Source: Octopus sinensis (lineage: Eukaryota). From it: a stretch of 64,000 nt of DNA. Each line of letters starts with the position of its first letter. Position 1 is the stretch's first letter. The stretch is taken from the NCBI RefSeq assembly GCF_006345805.1, contig NC_043010.1:11842001-11906000 (forward strand), given 5' to 3'. Positions 23,651 through 36,511 of the stretch are shown here, piece by piece. The notes beneath the pieces are model-generated. The model was not told the origin of the DNA and did not search any database. It worked only from the letters and a program-made list of their open reading frames with translations. The position numbers were made by a program, and so were the translations under genes.

Positions 23651-24007
23651 CCAGCCTTCATTAGTTGTTCTGGCGGAATTTCGAACCCATCCCTTTATTT
23701 GACTAATGGGGTACTCTATTCTCATTCCTAAGGTACTCATTTCTTGCTGGTGTTATTTTTTGTTGATATTACTTCCTAGGCAGGGACTTGGGAAATAATA
23801 TCAATAAAAACTAACATCAGCAAAAAAGGAGTACCTTAGGAATGAGAACAGAGTACACCATTAGTCAATTAAAGGGATGGGCTTGAAATTCCACCAGAAC
23901 CCCTGATGAAAGCTGGAGCCAAAACGTTGTCATAACAACATCTGCCAAAACGTTGTGGTAACAACAAACAAGGTGAAGACATCTATCCATCCATTGTAAA
24001 TAATGTA
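23651..24007. mobile_element. PLE pseudo-LTR fold-back (~125-bp arms) with degenerate hammerhead motif; same family as 1955-2228
   Basis: Arms 23651-23778 and 23790-23916. Shares taccttaggaatg, cctgatgaa, aaacgttgt...aacaacaaacaag and gtaaataatgta with the 2-kb locus. Confidence 0.65.
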
Positions 24008-24064
24008 TTTTTCTATGTTGTTCGAAATACATGCCAAAGGCTATTCTAAGAAATTTCTCATATC

Positions 24065-24229
24065 GGCGCAGGAGTGGCTGTGTGGTAAGTAGCTTGTTTA
24101 CCAACCACATGGTTCCATGTTCACTCCCACTGTGTGGCACCTTGGGCAAGTGTCTTCTACTATAGCCTCGGGCCGACCAAAGCCTTGTGAGTGGATTTGG
24201 TAGATGGAAACTGAAAGAAGCCCATCATA

Positions 24230-24260
<31 letters not shown>

Positions 24261-24477
24261 GCGTGTGTGTGTTTGTCCCCCTAGCATTGCTTGACAACCG
24301 ATGCTGGTGTCTTTATGTCCCCGTTACTTAGCGGTTCGGCAAAAGAGACCGATAGAATAAGTGCTGGGTTTACAAAAGAATAAGTCCCGGGGTCGAGTTG
24401 CTTGATTAAAGGCGGTGCTCCAGCATGGCCGCAGTCAAATGACTGAAACAAGTAAAAGAGTAAAAGAGTAAAGAGTA
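24065..24477 (+). mobile_element. SINE family A, full length
   Basis: Complete head to tail. Confidence 0.9.
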
Positions 24478-25669
24478 ACTATTTAGTTAGTCTTAACAAC
24501 ATACAGATTAGATTGGTATGCCTGTATGCAGACAATACAAGTATCTAAGTTCTGTAATGTAAACTGAAGCCTTTATTGGTTTATTTTAACTCAATGATTA
24601 TAACGTTAGGATTGATATTTCATAAGCTACCTTAAATTATAGCATTTAATGTGCACTCAGAAACATTATTTTTTTTCTATAGTGTAACACTTAGAAATCA
24701 TTTACTATATTACAATTTGAAAACAGTTTTTTTAGTTCTTCTACTTTCGTGAGATCAGTAATATAGATTATTAGAGACACAATTTTTTACTGACAAACAA
24801 CTAACATTATATATATATATATATATATATACATACATATATATACATATATAGTGAGAATTTACAAAAAAAAACAAACAAAAGACAAAGACGAGTGTGT
24901 AAACAACAATCAGATGTATATATATATAAATATATATATATACATGCACACACACACACACATGTTCACATATGTGCATGCATACACACACATGCATGCA
25001 CTCATATGTATACATGGCTGTTTGATAAGATGTTTGCTTCCACCCTCACGGTTCTGGGTTCAATCCCACTGCATGGTGCCTTGAGCGAGTGTCTTCTTTT
25101 GTGTGTGCGTATATATGTGTGTGTGTGTGTGTATGTGTGTATGTGTTTGTGTGTGTGTGTGAGTGACTAGCTTGTTGGATCTTGAGATCTTTCAGAACAA
25201 GAAGTAAAAAATGGCAATCAAGTTGGTCCTGTAAAGAGCAGCTGTTCTGTGTCACTTGGATTACCGCTTCCAAATGTGGCTGCTACATAGTATCAAACTA
25301 ACTGAGGAGCTCCAGGCAATCCGATATTCTTACAGTAAGGAGATTGTCTCGGTGTAACTCGAAGATGCCAAAAGGATTAAGGTTCTATTCCAAGAATGAA
25401 AACATGAAAGATGTGTGGTGATACAAATATCGAAGGTCTTGGCAGGTTTGGCACTCACCGTTTCTTAGAGATTGAAAGCTGTACATCCCCCAAAACTGAA
25501 CACCACTGTTCAATACCAAAGATTTTACTCTTTCCATATAGAACAAGGATCCATTATCATAACAATTTATGATTTAAGGACTTACAACTTTTCAAAACTT
25601 GCCAAAATATCTCAGAGCTCGGTAAGGTGTGGATGTACTCAGAAAACACTTTTTTACTGACAAACCACT

Positions 25670-25702
<33 letters not shown>

Positions 25703-25706
<4 letters not shown>

Positions 25707-25953
25707 CATAAATGAGGGCAAAGGAAAAAATTTCTAATGCCAAATATGCTGAAAAATTGGACACATTGTCCATTAACCATATCATTTTTTCACGGTCCGA
25801 TATGGTAATAATGGAATTTTTTAGAAATTTCTGTCGACTTTTTTTCGAGTAGCGTGCGTATTGTGAAAAAATTATATGGTTAATGGACAATATGTCCAAT
25901 TTTTCGGCATATTTGGCATTAGAAATTTTTTCCTTTGCCCTCATTTATGAATT
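25703..25953. mobile_element. Fold-back MITE, ~90-bp TIRs
   Basis: AATTCATAAATGAGGGCAAAGG...TTTTTCAC matches its reverse complement ending ...CCTTTGCCCTCATTTATGAATT; ~70-bp spacer. Confidence 0.8.
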
Positions 25954-26221
25954 GTTTATAAATTTAACCGTTTAAGGTATTTTTTAATATGCTGGCCATT
26001 GATAAAATTTTTTTGAAAAAAGTATTTTTTTTCGAAAAGAATTTTATCCTCACATTTGATATATATATGAAAAGGCAACTTCTGTGGTGCTGGTGCAATG
26101 CAACAATGCAACCAGTACACTATGTATTTGTTTGATGTTCAGAAGGGTATCCAGCCACAGAAATAATACAAGCATGGATAATAGACATAAAATTATGATG
26201 ATGATGATGATGATTTAATAG

Positions 26222-26378
26222 GTGGCAGTGTGGATGTGTGGTAAGAAGCTTGTTTCCTAGCCACATAGTCCCGGGTTCAATCCTACTGCATGGCATGTTG
26301 GGCAAGTGTCTTTTTCTATAGCCTCAAGCTGACCAAAGTCTTGTGAGTGGATTTGGTAAATGGAAACTGAAAGAAGCT

Positions 26379-26426
<48 letters not shown>

Positions 26427-26670
26427 GTATATATTTAGGAGTATGTGTCTTTGTGCTTGTGATTGTCCTCCACCATTGCTTGGCAACCATTATTGGTGTG
26501 TTTATGTCCCCGTAACTTAGTGGTTCAGGAAAAGAGACTGATAGAATAAGTACTAGGCATACAAAGAATAGGTGCTGAGGTCAATTACTTCAACTAAAAT
26601 AAACCCTTAAGGCAGTACTCCAGCATGGCCACAGTCAAATGACTGAAACAAGTAAAAGAATAAAAGAATA
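26222..26670 (+). mobile_element. SINE family A, diverged
   Basis: Head, core, internal microsatellite and tail recognisable. Confidence 0.8.
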
Positions 26671-27064
26671 TATACATGCGTGTGAATGTGTGTGTGTGTG
26701 TGTGTGTTGGGTTTCCATTTACATAGACACTTTATTATAATGCTCTGATAAAGCTATGAGATGTCACTCCATCACTCACAAATTATTTTGGTCAGCTTAG
26801 AGACATCCAAAGCACCATGTGGTGGAATCAATCTCAGAATGAGACAACTGCAAACCAAGCCATATCTGCACCATAGATTTCCTATTATGTGTATTTGTGC
26901 ACATGTGCATGCACGTGCATGTGTGTGTCGTGTGTGTGTCGTGTGTGTGTGTCGTGTGTGTGTCGTGTTTGTGTCGTGTGTGTGTATGTGTGTCTGTGTG
27001 TTTTCCAGAAAAAATTCCAAATTCATTTCTTCATATTTCAATTATAAATTTCAACTCAATAAAT

Positions 27065-27640
27065 AAAATTAGTTTCAAATTTTGGCACATGGCCTGCAAA
27101 TTTGAGGGAGGGGCCAATTCGATTACATTGATCCTAGTGATCAGCTAGTAATTATTTTAACAACTCCAAAAGTTGAAGTTGACCCCAGCAGGATTTGAAC
27201 TCAGATTGTAAAGACAGACAAAATGTCACTAAGCATTTTTACCCAGCATGGTAATAATTCTGCCATCAAATAAATATTCTTTTCAACTCTAGGCACAAGG
27301 CCAAAAGTTTTGGAAAGGGGGCCGGTCGATTAGATTGACTCCAGTACGCAACTGGTACTTAATTTATCAACCTTGAAAGGACGAAAGGCAAAGTTGGCCT
27401 CAGCAGAATTTGAACTCAGAGTGTAAAGACAGATGAAATACCACTAAGTATTTCGCCCAGTGTGCTAACGTTTCTGCCAGCTCACTGCCTTACATCAAAT
27501 AAATATTGATTTCAAATTGGCAAAAGGCCAATAATTTCGGGTTTGGGGGGCAGTGTTTGATTGATACTTATTTTGTCAACCCTTAAAGGTCGAAAAGCAA
27601 AACGACCTCAGAAGAATTTGAACTCAGAATGTAAAGACAA
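27065..27640 (-). mobile_element. Three tandem diverged SINE family C copies (alternative tail)
   Basis: Repeated gaatttgaactcaga...gtaaagac motifs at ~27190, 27410 and 27615. Confidence 0.7.
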
Positions 27641-27807
27641 CAATAACAAATAAATATTAACACGAATGTTATTGTTCATATAGTTTGATTATAACAATAA
27701 CAAAAGTTTTATACAAAAAAAAAACATTTATTTTTTTTCAACAAATAAGTAAGTTTTCAGTTAGTACAAAAAATTTATCAGAAACAAAACAAATCAAAAA
27801 TATGTAT

Positions 27808-27838
<31 letters not shown>

Positions 27839-28074
27839 GAAAAGAAAGAAAGACAGGAAAATGAGCAAGCATAAGTGCACAGTGTATAGTTTTAAGTTTT
27901 GTTCTGTAAGAAAAAGATAGAGGGTTCCATATTTTACATTGCTGTTATTTTCCTGTCAAAGGGGAGAAATGAGAAAGAAAAATGTTTTGAAAGAAGAGAA
28001 GAAATTCTCATTCTTTTAGGAATGTCTTACATCTTGCATGTGAAATATTTTATGGTTTAATTTCTAATAACGAT

Positions 28075-28290
28075 TTCAAATTTTGGCACAAGACCATCAG
28101 TTCTGGGGAAGTGAGTAAGTCAATTACGTTGACCCCAGTGTCCAACTGGTACTTATTTTATTGACCCTGAATGGATGAAAGACAAAGTCGACTTCGGCAG
28201 AATTTGAAGTGAGAGTATTAAGATGGACAAAACACAACGAAGCATTTTGTCCAGAGTACTAACAATTCTGCCAGCTCACTGCCTTGGTTT
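28075..28290 (-). mobile_element. SINE family C (alternative tail), diverged
   Basis: gatgaaagacaaagtcgacttcggcagaatttgaa and ttctgccagctcac. Confidence 0.75.
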
Positions 28291-28754
28291 AATTTCTAAT
28301 ATTGAAACTGATTTCTTCATTGAAAACGAAAGCGGGACGTCCCGCGGTCAATCGGCGTCGATCATTCAAATATATTTAAAGATATTTAAATATATTTAAA
28401 TATATGTAAACCTCAAAACGGCCCAGAGCGACATTTTGTTAATTAATCATGCTCTTAATTAACTTATTAAGTAAAATACCTCGACATTTCGCTTTCGATC
28501 GATCTTTTATCAGGCAGAATGTCTTTTTTTTTTGTTGTTTTGTTTTGTTTTAAGTAAATATTTGGGATACACAAGTATAAAGGGGGAAACAAGAACAAAA
28601 ATTCAGAGTGGCTTACAGAAGCCTTATTAGCAATTAGAGCCATGATCTAAAGGTTTAGCTATCAAAGTACAATTAGAAGGCCAATTAACAGGAGAACGAA
28701 ACGAAGGTTAGAATTATTACCGGGCAATTTGACTTGAAGGCTAAATTTATTTGA

Positions 28755-29264
28755 AACTGTTGTAGATTCATTGGACAAGGGTGGTTGGTGTTGCTAATAT
28801 CTTTGTAGGAGGACAAAGGTCAAGATCTTTACATCTCTGGTCTTACAAGTCTTGATCTATAGTTGTGAGATTTGAACACTCTCGGGGGCCCTTAGAAGCC
28901 ACTTGGACTCTTCTGGTACCTGGACACTTTGCAGGATTATGGGTTACAAATGGTTGAATTTCATATCTAACCAATGACACTGCTCATCTCAGAAACTGGG
29001 ATACATTTTGATTTTGTATGATTTGGGAACACTAGCTCAGACTGTTTGGCCATATAGCTTACTGTATTCTCTTCATTGAGGACCTGGTCGGGTTCAGAGC
29101 TCATGCTGGTTGAACACATGCCATGTGGTCATAACAGAGATGGGTACCGACTGGGAATATGCTGACAAAGACACAGGAATATATGACAAAGACACAGGAA
29201 TATACTGACAAATGGTGAATACAGCAAAGCACTGCAATGGCACATGCTCCCACACCTGACCTGA
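28755..29264 (+). mobile_element. RTE-clade LINE 3' fragment (degraded RT C-terminus)
   Basis: Translates to RTKVKIFTSLVLQVLIYSCEI*TL...LDSSGTWTLCRIMGYKWLNFISN and LRLFGHI. This fits RTE TK..IF...VLPVLLYGCETWTL...LRRILG..W.D.VSN. Ends in cacacctgacctga. Confidence 0.8.
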
Positions 29265-29422
29265 AAGGTATTAAAAGATATCCAAAATCTGAGAAATAAA
29301 ACAGATCTAAAGGAATCATTTTTTAAATATAAAGTCCCATCTTTACAAAAAGCAAGATGTGTTTTGACTAGTTACCACTTCAGGTTTCCTCAGCCAAGTG
29401 TTTAATAATATAGGCATTATAT

Positions 29423-29658
29423 ACCTATTTCTTTATTACCCACAAGGGGCTAAACACAGAGGGGACAAACAAGGACAGACATAGGTATTAAGTCGAATAC
29501 ATCGACCCCAGTGCATAACTGGTACTTATTTAATCGACCCCGAAAGGATGAAAGGCAAAGTCGACCTCAGCGGAATTTGAACTCACAACGTAACGCAGAC
29601 AAAATACCGTTAAGCATTTCGCCCGGCGTGCTAACGTTTCTGCTAGCTCTCCACCTTA
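29423..29658 (-). mobile_element. SINE family C, full length, with 22-bp TSD
   Basis: ataggcattatatacctatttc (29410-29431) and ataggtattatatacctatttc (29659-29680). Confidence 0.9.
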
Positions 29659-30749
29659 ATAGGTATTATATACCTATTTCACTTCTAAGGGGATCTGAAA
29701 CGAGGTTGAAGATATAAACCACTGCCATCACTCACAAGTGAGTATGGACTTGTAGTATGTGCCATGCGTCTTTTTTAATTGGTTTAGGGGCCCATGTAGT
29801 TACAAGCAGGCATAGACACCCTCTCCACCATCAAAACAACTAGGATGTGGCAGCTGGAGGGAGAAAAGGTTTCATCGGAATTTAACTAATATTCATTTGT
29901 TGCTGAACAGTTTTAGGAAATGTGAAATGGATTACCTTGCTCAAGGAGACAATGTGCTACTGGGTCCCAGGATCAAGACCAACAATCTAGCCATTAGGCC
30001 ATACACCAGCCATTCACATAATAGCTGCAATATGTGTTAGCATGGATGATAATTAATGATGTAATAGAAAGCTTTCAGGTGTTTGAACACATCTAAAGAA
30101 TCCATTAGAATGGTAAAACTTGTGTCATTGAAATGGTAGCACATTTTATCAAACTGGAATAATTTTTTATCATTATTTAACTGTTTTTTTAAGTTCGAAA
30201 ACTTCTCTGCATTTAAAATGGTGAAAGCATTAGAATTGTCTGAGTAAGATCACACCATACATACATATCACTGACACATTGATTTCTAACCTTAACACGA
30301 AGTCAAAAGTTATTCGGAGATAAGTGTAGTAGATTAAATCAACACCAATACTTGGTCGGTACTTATTAGACCGGCATTTCCACCTCACTCCAATGAATGA
30401 AAAAACAGCATTGAAGTCAGAAGATAAAGCACCAAATATTAGTAAACGATAAGCAACATATATGCATACTGAAAGTGGTCATTACATAACGAGACATTTA
30501 TACAAGTTATGAATTTAACCAAGAATGACATCTTTGATGAATGGTAGTGCCAGTAAGGCTAGGGGTAAAATTATACGTATTGTTTCTGTTATCTTAAATA
30601 ATTTTATATGGAATGCATTTATGAAATATTTATTCATCTTATTAGCTATATTGTTACTAGTTGTCCATAATTCAAAGGAAATATCATGAGAAATGATTCC
30701 TTAATTTAAACTGCTCTGCAAGTCTAAACGCTTTAATTCAAAGAGTATC

Positions 30750-30754
30750 AATCA

Positions 30755-30814
<60 letters not shown>

Positions 30815-30819
30815 GTCTG

Positions 30820-30874
<55 letters not shown>

Positions 30875-31009
30875 ATCTATCTATCTATCTATCTTTCTAT
30901 CTGTCTATCTATTTATCAATCTATCTATCTATCTACTTATCTACCTATATATTGATCAATCAATTGATCTATCTATTTACCTGCCCATCAATCTATCTTT
31001 TATTTGTTC

Positions 31010-31072
<63 letters not shown>
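30750..31072. repeat. (ATCT)n microsatellite
   Basis: Directly visible. Confidence 0.9.
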
Positions 31073-31969
31073 GGTCAATTCATCCCTGCCTTCAGCTCTC
31101 TCTCCCCCCTCCACTCTCTCTCCCTACCTTTCTCTTGCTCTTTCTCCCACATAATGGCTAAACAGATGCAAAAACCGTCCAAAATTGAGGAAAATATGGT
31201 TAATATGATACCATGAGCTATATGGATTGACTAAGCTGACGCTATAATTTTAGAATTCTAGAATTCTAAATAGATATTGTTATTCAACTTTCACCAGATG
31301 GAATGAGGACAGCAAAGACAAAAAAAGAAAGAAAAACAAATATTCACATCTATATTTATTATAAATTTTGAACATGATAGCTGACAGAGTTATGGTATTT
31401 GACGTGCTCTATGGTAATTGTCAACCTTTACTTCAAGACCTTTGACACAATGTCAACCTTCAGAAATTGATTTCAATTTCACCTACAGTAATTAAACAGT
31501 AACACACGGATCAAGTCAGAATTGAACATTTTGGGCAGATTCATCATGTTCAGTTTTTGTTATGGTAAGGAGAGAAAGAAAGAATAATAGGTGAGACACT
31601 GCTGAATGAAGTATCACATTAAAATATTGAGGTCTTGCTTCTCTGATGGTAGAATTAATCTGAATACTTATGACAGAGGGAACTCCAGTAAAGGCTGCAA
31701 AAGTCATGTGGTGATGAAGATAAAAAATAAATATGTGTGTGTATGTACGTGCATGCATGTGTGTGTATGCATATAAATGTGTATATGTATTATATATATA
31801 CAAACACATACACTTACGTATATATGTATTATGCATATGTACATGTATATGTAAATGAATATGCATAAATGTGTGTGTGTGTGTGTGTGTGTGTGTGAGT
31901 GTGTAAGTATATACATATACATACATGCAAGAGCTACTCAGAGGTATTGCACTCTGCTGAATCCATCAA

Positions 31970-32012
31970 TGATTTATACATACACACACACTCATACACA
32001 GACACATATACA

Positions 32013-32070
<58 letters not shown>

Positions 32071-32263
32071 TATATAGAGAGAGAGAGAGATGGATAGACA
32101 GATAGATAGATATAGATATATATATATACACATATACATATATATATATACATATATATATATATACACACATATATATATATATATACACATATATATA
32201 TATATATACACATATATATATATACACACATATATATACACATATATACATATATATATACAT

Positions 32264-32317
<54 letters not shown>

Positions 32318-32336
32318 CCTACATATATATACATAC

Positions 32337-32368
<32 letters not shown>

Positions 32369-32428
32369 CATACATATATATATATATACACATATATACA
32401 TATATATATATACATAATATATATATAC

Positions 32429-32459
<31 letters not shown>

Positions 32460-32531
32460 ACATATATATATATTATATATATATACATACATATATATAT
32501 ACATACATACATACATATATATATACATATA
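31970..32531. repeat. Long (TA)n/(CATA)n microsatellite abutting the Tc1 left end
   Basis: Directly visible. Confidence 0.9.
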
Positions 32532-34102
32532 TATCAAAGTTGTTTTATATTCTATAATTTTCACAGACAATGAATACAATATTATCTGTTATTGCCTGAG
32601 ATTTTGGTGTAATTTGAGAGAATAATACAAAAGTTATGGATGATTTAGTGATTTACTGCAAAACCCATGGTGGCCAAAATGATCAGAATGGTTGCTTTTA
32701 CTCTGTATTTTAGTATAATAAACCGGCGAACTCTAATGTTTTGAATTTGTTTACGTGGTGGTTCGTTTACTAAACATTAGTAAGAATATTTGCAGTGTAC
32801 TTTGTTAATATAATGCCACTTACTCCGTTACAAATTCGTCAGCAGATTATTAAGCTTCGAAAGAAGGATAATTTAAGTATTGGTTCTATTGCAAAGATTG
32901 TCAACAAGTCAAAAAGTGTTGTACACGGTATTCTTAAGGTCTACGATGATTGTGGTTCATGTGAAGCAAGAAAGTTTACAGGTAGGCCAAGAAAAACGAC
33001 CAAGAGAGAAGATCGTGCTATGGTAAAGTTGGTTAAAAAGGACAGATTTAAAACTGCTGCTGCTGTTTCTCGGAAAATGAGCATTGTATTGAAGAAAACT
33101 TTATCTTGAAAAACTGTGTCTCGTTGTTTAGTTGAACATGACCTACAAGCAAGAGCACCTGCAGTGAAGCCACTGATCAGCTCCAAGAATAAAAAGTGTC
33201 ATCTTACCTTTGCAACCGAACATGTGTTGTGGTCTCAAGAAAAATGGCAAACGGTGCATTTCAGTGATGAATCTAAGTTTATGCTATTTGGCTCAGATGG
33301 GAAAAGGTACGTTCGTAGAAAAGTAGGTGAAAAATTGTTGCCTAGATGCCTTAAGACTAGTGTTAAATTCGGTGGAGGAAGTGTCATGGTCTGGGGAATG
33401 ATATCTGGAGATGGTGTGGGCCCTTTGGTGCGATTACATGGAAAGTTAAATGCAGGAGTTTATAAACAACTTGTAAAAGATCATGTCTTGCCTGTGCTGA
33501 GAAATTCAACAAAGCGACCACTCATATTCATGCAGGACAATGCCCCATGTCACAAGGCTAAGGTGGTCATGAACTTCCTCAAGGCTGAAAAGGTTATTGT
33601 TATGGATTGGACAGCTCAAAGCCCAGATCTCAATCCTATTGAAAATGTGTGGAATATTCTAGGAGAACGTTCAAAAGCCAGAAATCCTAAAACAACTGAG
33701 CAATTATGGAATGCCCTTCAGGAAGAATGGAATAAGATCACCCAGCAAGAAATTGAAAATTTAATTTCCTCATGCAGTCGAAGATGTCAGAGTGTGATTG
33801 AAGCTAAAGGGCTTCACACTAAATATTAAATAATTCCAGTATTCTCTGTCATTTTTGATTATTTTGTTATTTTTTCGACTGTTCTGATCCTTTTGGCCGC
33901 CATGGGTTTTGCAGTAAATCACTAAATCATCCATAACTTTTGTATTATCCTCTCAAATTACACCAAAATCTCAGACGACAATAACAATTAATATTGTATT
34001 TATTGCCTGTGAAAATTATAGAATATAAAACAACTTTGATAAAAACTTATACCTACTTTTCTGACAAAAATAATGCCGTTCTGAACATTTTGGCCGCAAC
34101 TG
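32532..34102 (+). mobile_element. Tc1-family DNA transposon with long IR/DR-type TIRs; left TIR truncated
   Basis: Right TIR 33882-34102 ends ...TTTTGGCCGCAACTG|TA. Left TIR 32532-32688 matches its inner 157 bp. A GGCCAAAA(T/G)G(A/T)TCAGAA direct repeat sits at both ends of the TIR. Confidence 0.95.
32813..33829 (+). pseudogene. Tc1 DD34E transposase, 338 codons, one in-frame TGA at 33107-33109
   Basis: HTH region with GRPRK; catalytic VHFSDESKF, FMQDNAPCH, SPDLNPIENVW with 34 residues between the second D and E. ORF-track pieces 32795-33109 and 33116-33829 are in the same frame. Confidence 0.95.
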
Positions 34103-34444
34103 TATATATTTATATATTCATTTCTTGTAACATCACTGAATTCTGCTGTTTTCTTTCCTTTTGTTGCATAATAAAGAACAAAGAAAATATTATGTTGGAA
34201 ACAAAAGAAACAAAAATAGCTTCTCCTGTAGAGATAAATTACAAAATTCCATACTAGAAACATTCAATTCTATTAAAGAGTATGTTTCTAACCATGCTCT
34301 GAAGCAACTTGCTGAGACAATTAAGGAATGTGTGTGTGTTTGTGCACATGCACAAGTGTCTATGCGTGTGTGTTTGTGTATATGCATATAGATATGTGTA
34401 TGTATTTTGTATATATCTGTATAAATATGTGTGTGCGTATTATT

Positions 34445-34835
34445 ACTCTTTTACTCTGTTACTTGTTTCAGTCATTTGACTGTGGCCATGCTGGAGCACT
34501 GCCTTTAGTCGATCAAATCAACCCCAGGACTTATTCTTTGTAAGCCTAGTACTTATTCTATCGGTATCTTTTGCCAAGGGGACGTAAACACACCAGCATT
34601 GGTTGTCAAGCTATGTTGGGGGGGGGACAAACACAGACCCACAAACATATACACGCACACACACACACACACACATATATATATACAGTTTCCGTCTACC
34701 AAATCCACTCACAAGGCAATGGTCAGCCCGAGGCTATAGTAGAAGAGACTTGCCCAAGGTGCCATGCAGCGGGACTGAACCCGGAACCATGTGGTTCATA
34801 AAGCAAGCTACTTACCACACAGCCACTCCTACACC
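34445..34835 (-). mobile_element. SINE family A
   Basis: Reverse complement of the consensus, small deletions. Confidence 0.85.
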
Positions 34836-34845
34836 TAAACAAAAT

Positions 34846-34849
<4 letters not shown>

Positions 34850-34920
<71 letters not shown>

Positions 34921-34965
34921 TATATATATTATATATATATACATACATATATATATATATATATA

Positions 34966-35002
<37 letters not shown>

Positions 35003-35029
35003 ATATATATATTATATATATATATATAC

Positions 35030-35061
<32 letters not shown>

Positions 35062-35100
35062 TATATATATATATTATATATATATATATATATATAAACA
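34850..35100. repeat. (TA)n-rich microsatellite
   Basis: Directly visible. Confidence 0.9.
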
Positions 35101-35504
35101 TATGCATATGATTAATTTGCTTGAGGAAAAGAAAAGGCAAATTGATGTAACAAATGTTTCCATTAAAGAATGTTGTTTATTCTTTACCACATATGAAGTT
35201 ATGCAGTACATGCTGCAGTCAACTTTTGTTTCAAATCAGGATGTCTAATGAAGTGAATGAACACTAATGTTAATTACAAATAGACATATATCACACATAT
35301 TGCATAGCTTTATATTTTGTATGGAATAAAAAAAAACATTCATTTATGGAAATATTCCTAACATCAGTTTTACTTATCTTTTATTTCTGCAAGTTTACAA
35401 CATGCCTACTGGATCATCATTTAAAGAGTGCTCATTTTAAACATTTGTTAAAGTATAACTGATCTTCCTTTGGTTATTGGAATACTATGCTTGCCATGTT
35501 CCTA

Positions 35505-36045
35505 TATGAGGTGACGTCCGTTTTCCATGCTAGCATGGGTTGGACGGTTTGACTGAGGTTTGGAAAGCCAGGAGGTCACACCAGGTTCTAATCTGATCTG
35601 GCAATGTTTCTGCTGCTGGATGCCCTTCGTAATGCCAACCACTCTGAGAGCGTAGTAGGTGATTTTTACGTGCCACGGGCACAAGAGCCAGGCAGGCAGG
35701 TCTGGCATTGATCATGTTTAGATAGTGCTTTTTACATCCCATCGGCACAACAGCCAGTCAATGGGTACTGGCATTGACCATGTTTGGATGGTGCTTTTTA
35801 TGTGCCACCAGCATGGGAGCTAGTCTGGGGGAACTGGCCACAGCTATGGTATTGATTTCACTTGACTCAACAGGTCTTGTCAAGCATATTGCCTGAGGCA
35901 TCAGAGGTATTCTTAACAGGGCTGGATATGCATGGCTGCAATCTCACTTCAGTTGCCAGGTATTCTCAGTCACAGCATATCTCCAAATGTTCCAGTCTCC
36001 TGTCATTGCCTCTGTGAGGCCCAATATTCAAAGGTCATGCTTCAC
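35505..36045 (-). mobile_element. RTE-LINE 3' end (family B) including last RT codons
   Basis: Minus strand VKHDL*ILGLTEAMTGDWNIWRYAV fits RTE V..DL..LGL...M..DR..WR..V, followed by the UTR carrying the repeat unit. Confidence 0.8.
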
Positions 36046-36094
36046 CATATATATATATATATATATATATATGACATTTAACATTCTCCAAACG

Positions 36095-36455
36095 GACGTC
36101 ATTTGACTGCGGCCATGCTGGAGTACCGCCTTTAGTCGAACAAATCAACCCCAGGACTTATTCTATGTAAGCCTAGTACTTATTCTATCGGTCTCTTTTG
36201 CCAACCAAACCGCTAAGTTATGGGGACATAAAAGCACCAACATCAGTTGTCAAACGATGGTGTGGGTACAAACACACATACACACACATTTATACGATGG
36301 GCTTCTTTCAGTTTCTGTCTACCAAATCCACTCACAAGGCTTTGGTTGGCCCGAGGTTATAGTAGAAGACACTTGCCCAAGGTGCCATGCTGTGGAACTG
36401 AACCCAGAACTATGTGGTTGGTAAGCAAGCTACTTACCACACAGCCACTCCTGTG
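36095..36455 (-). mobile_element. SINE family A
   Basis: Reverse complement of the consensus, tail missing. Confidence 0.85.
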
Positions 36456-36511
36456 CCTATATATACATATATGGTTCAAGCATACAGAAAACAAAAGACA
36501 AAGTCAACAAG

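Noticed and set aside
25170-25480. Possible degraded coding sequence
   Set aside because: Multiple stops in the frames translated and no motif recognised.
33107-33109. Selenocysteine or programmed read-through in the transposase
   Set aside because: No SECIS-like evidence; a CGA to TGA mutation in a decaying element is simpler.
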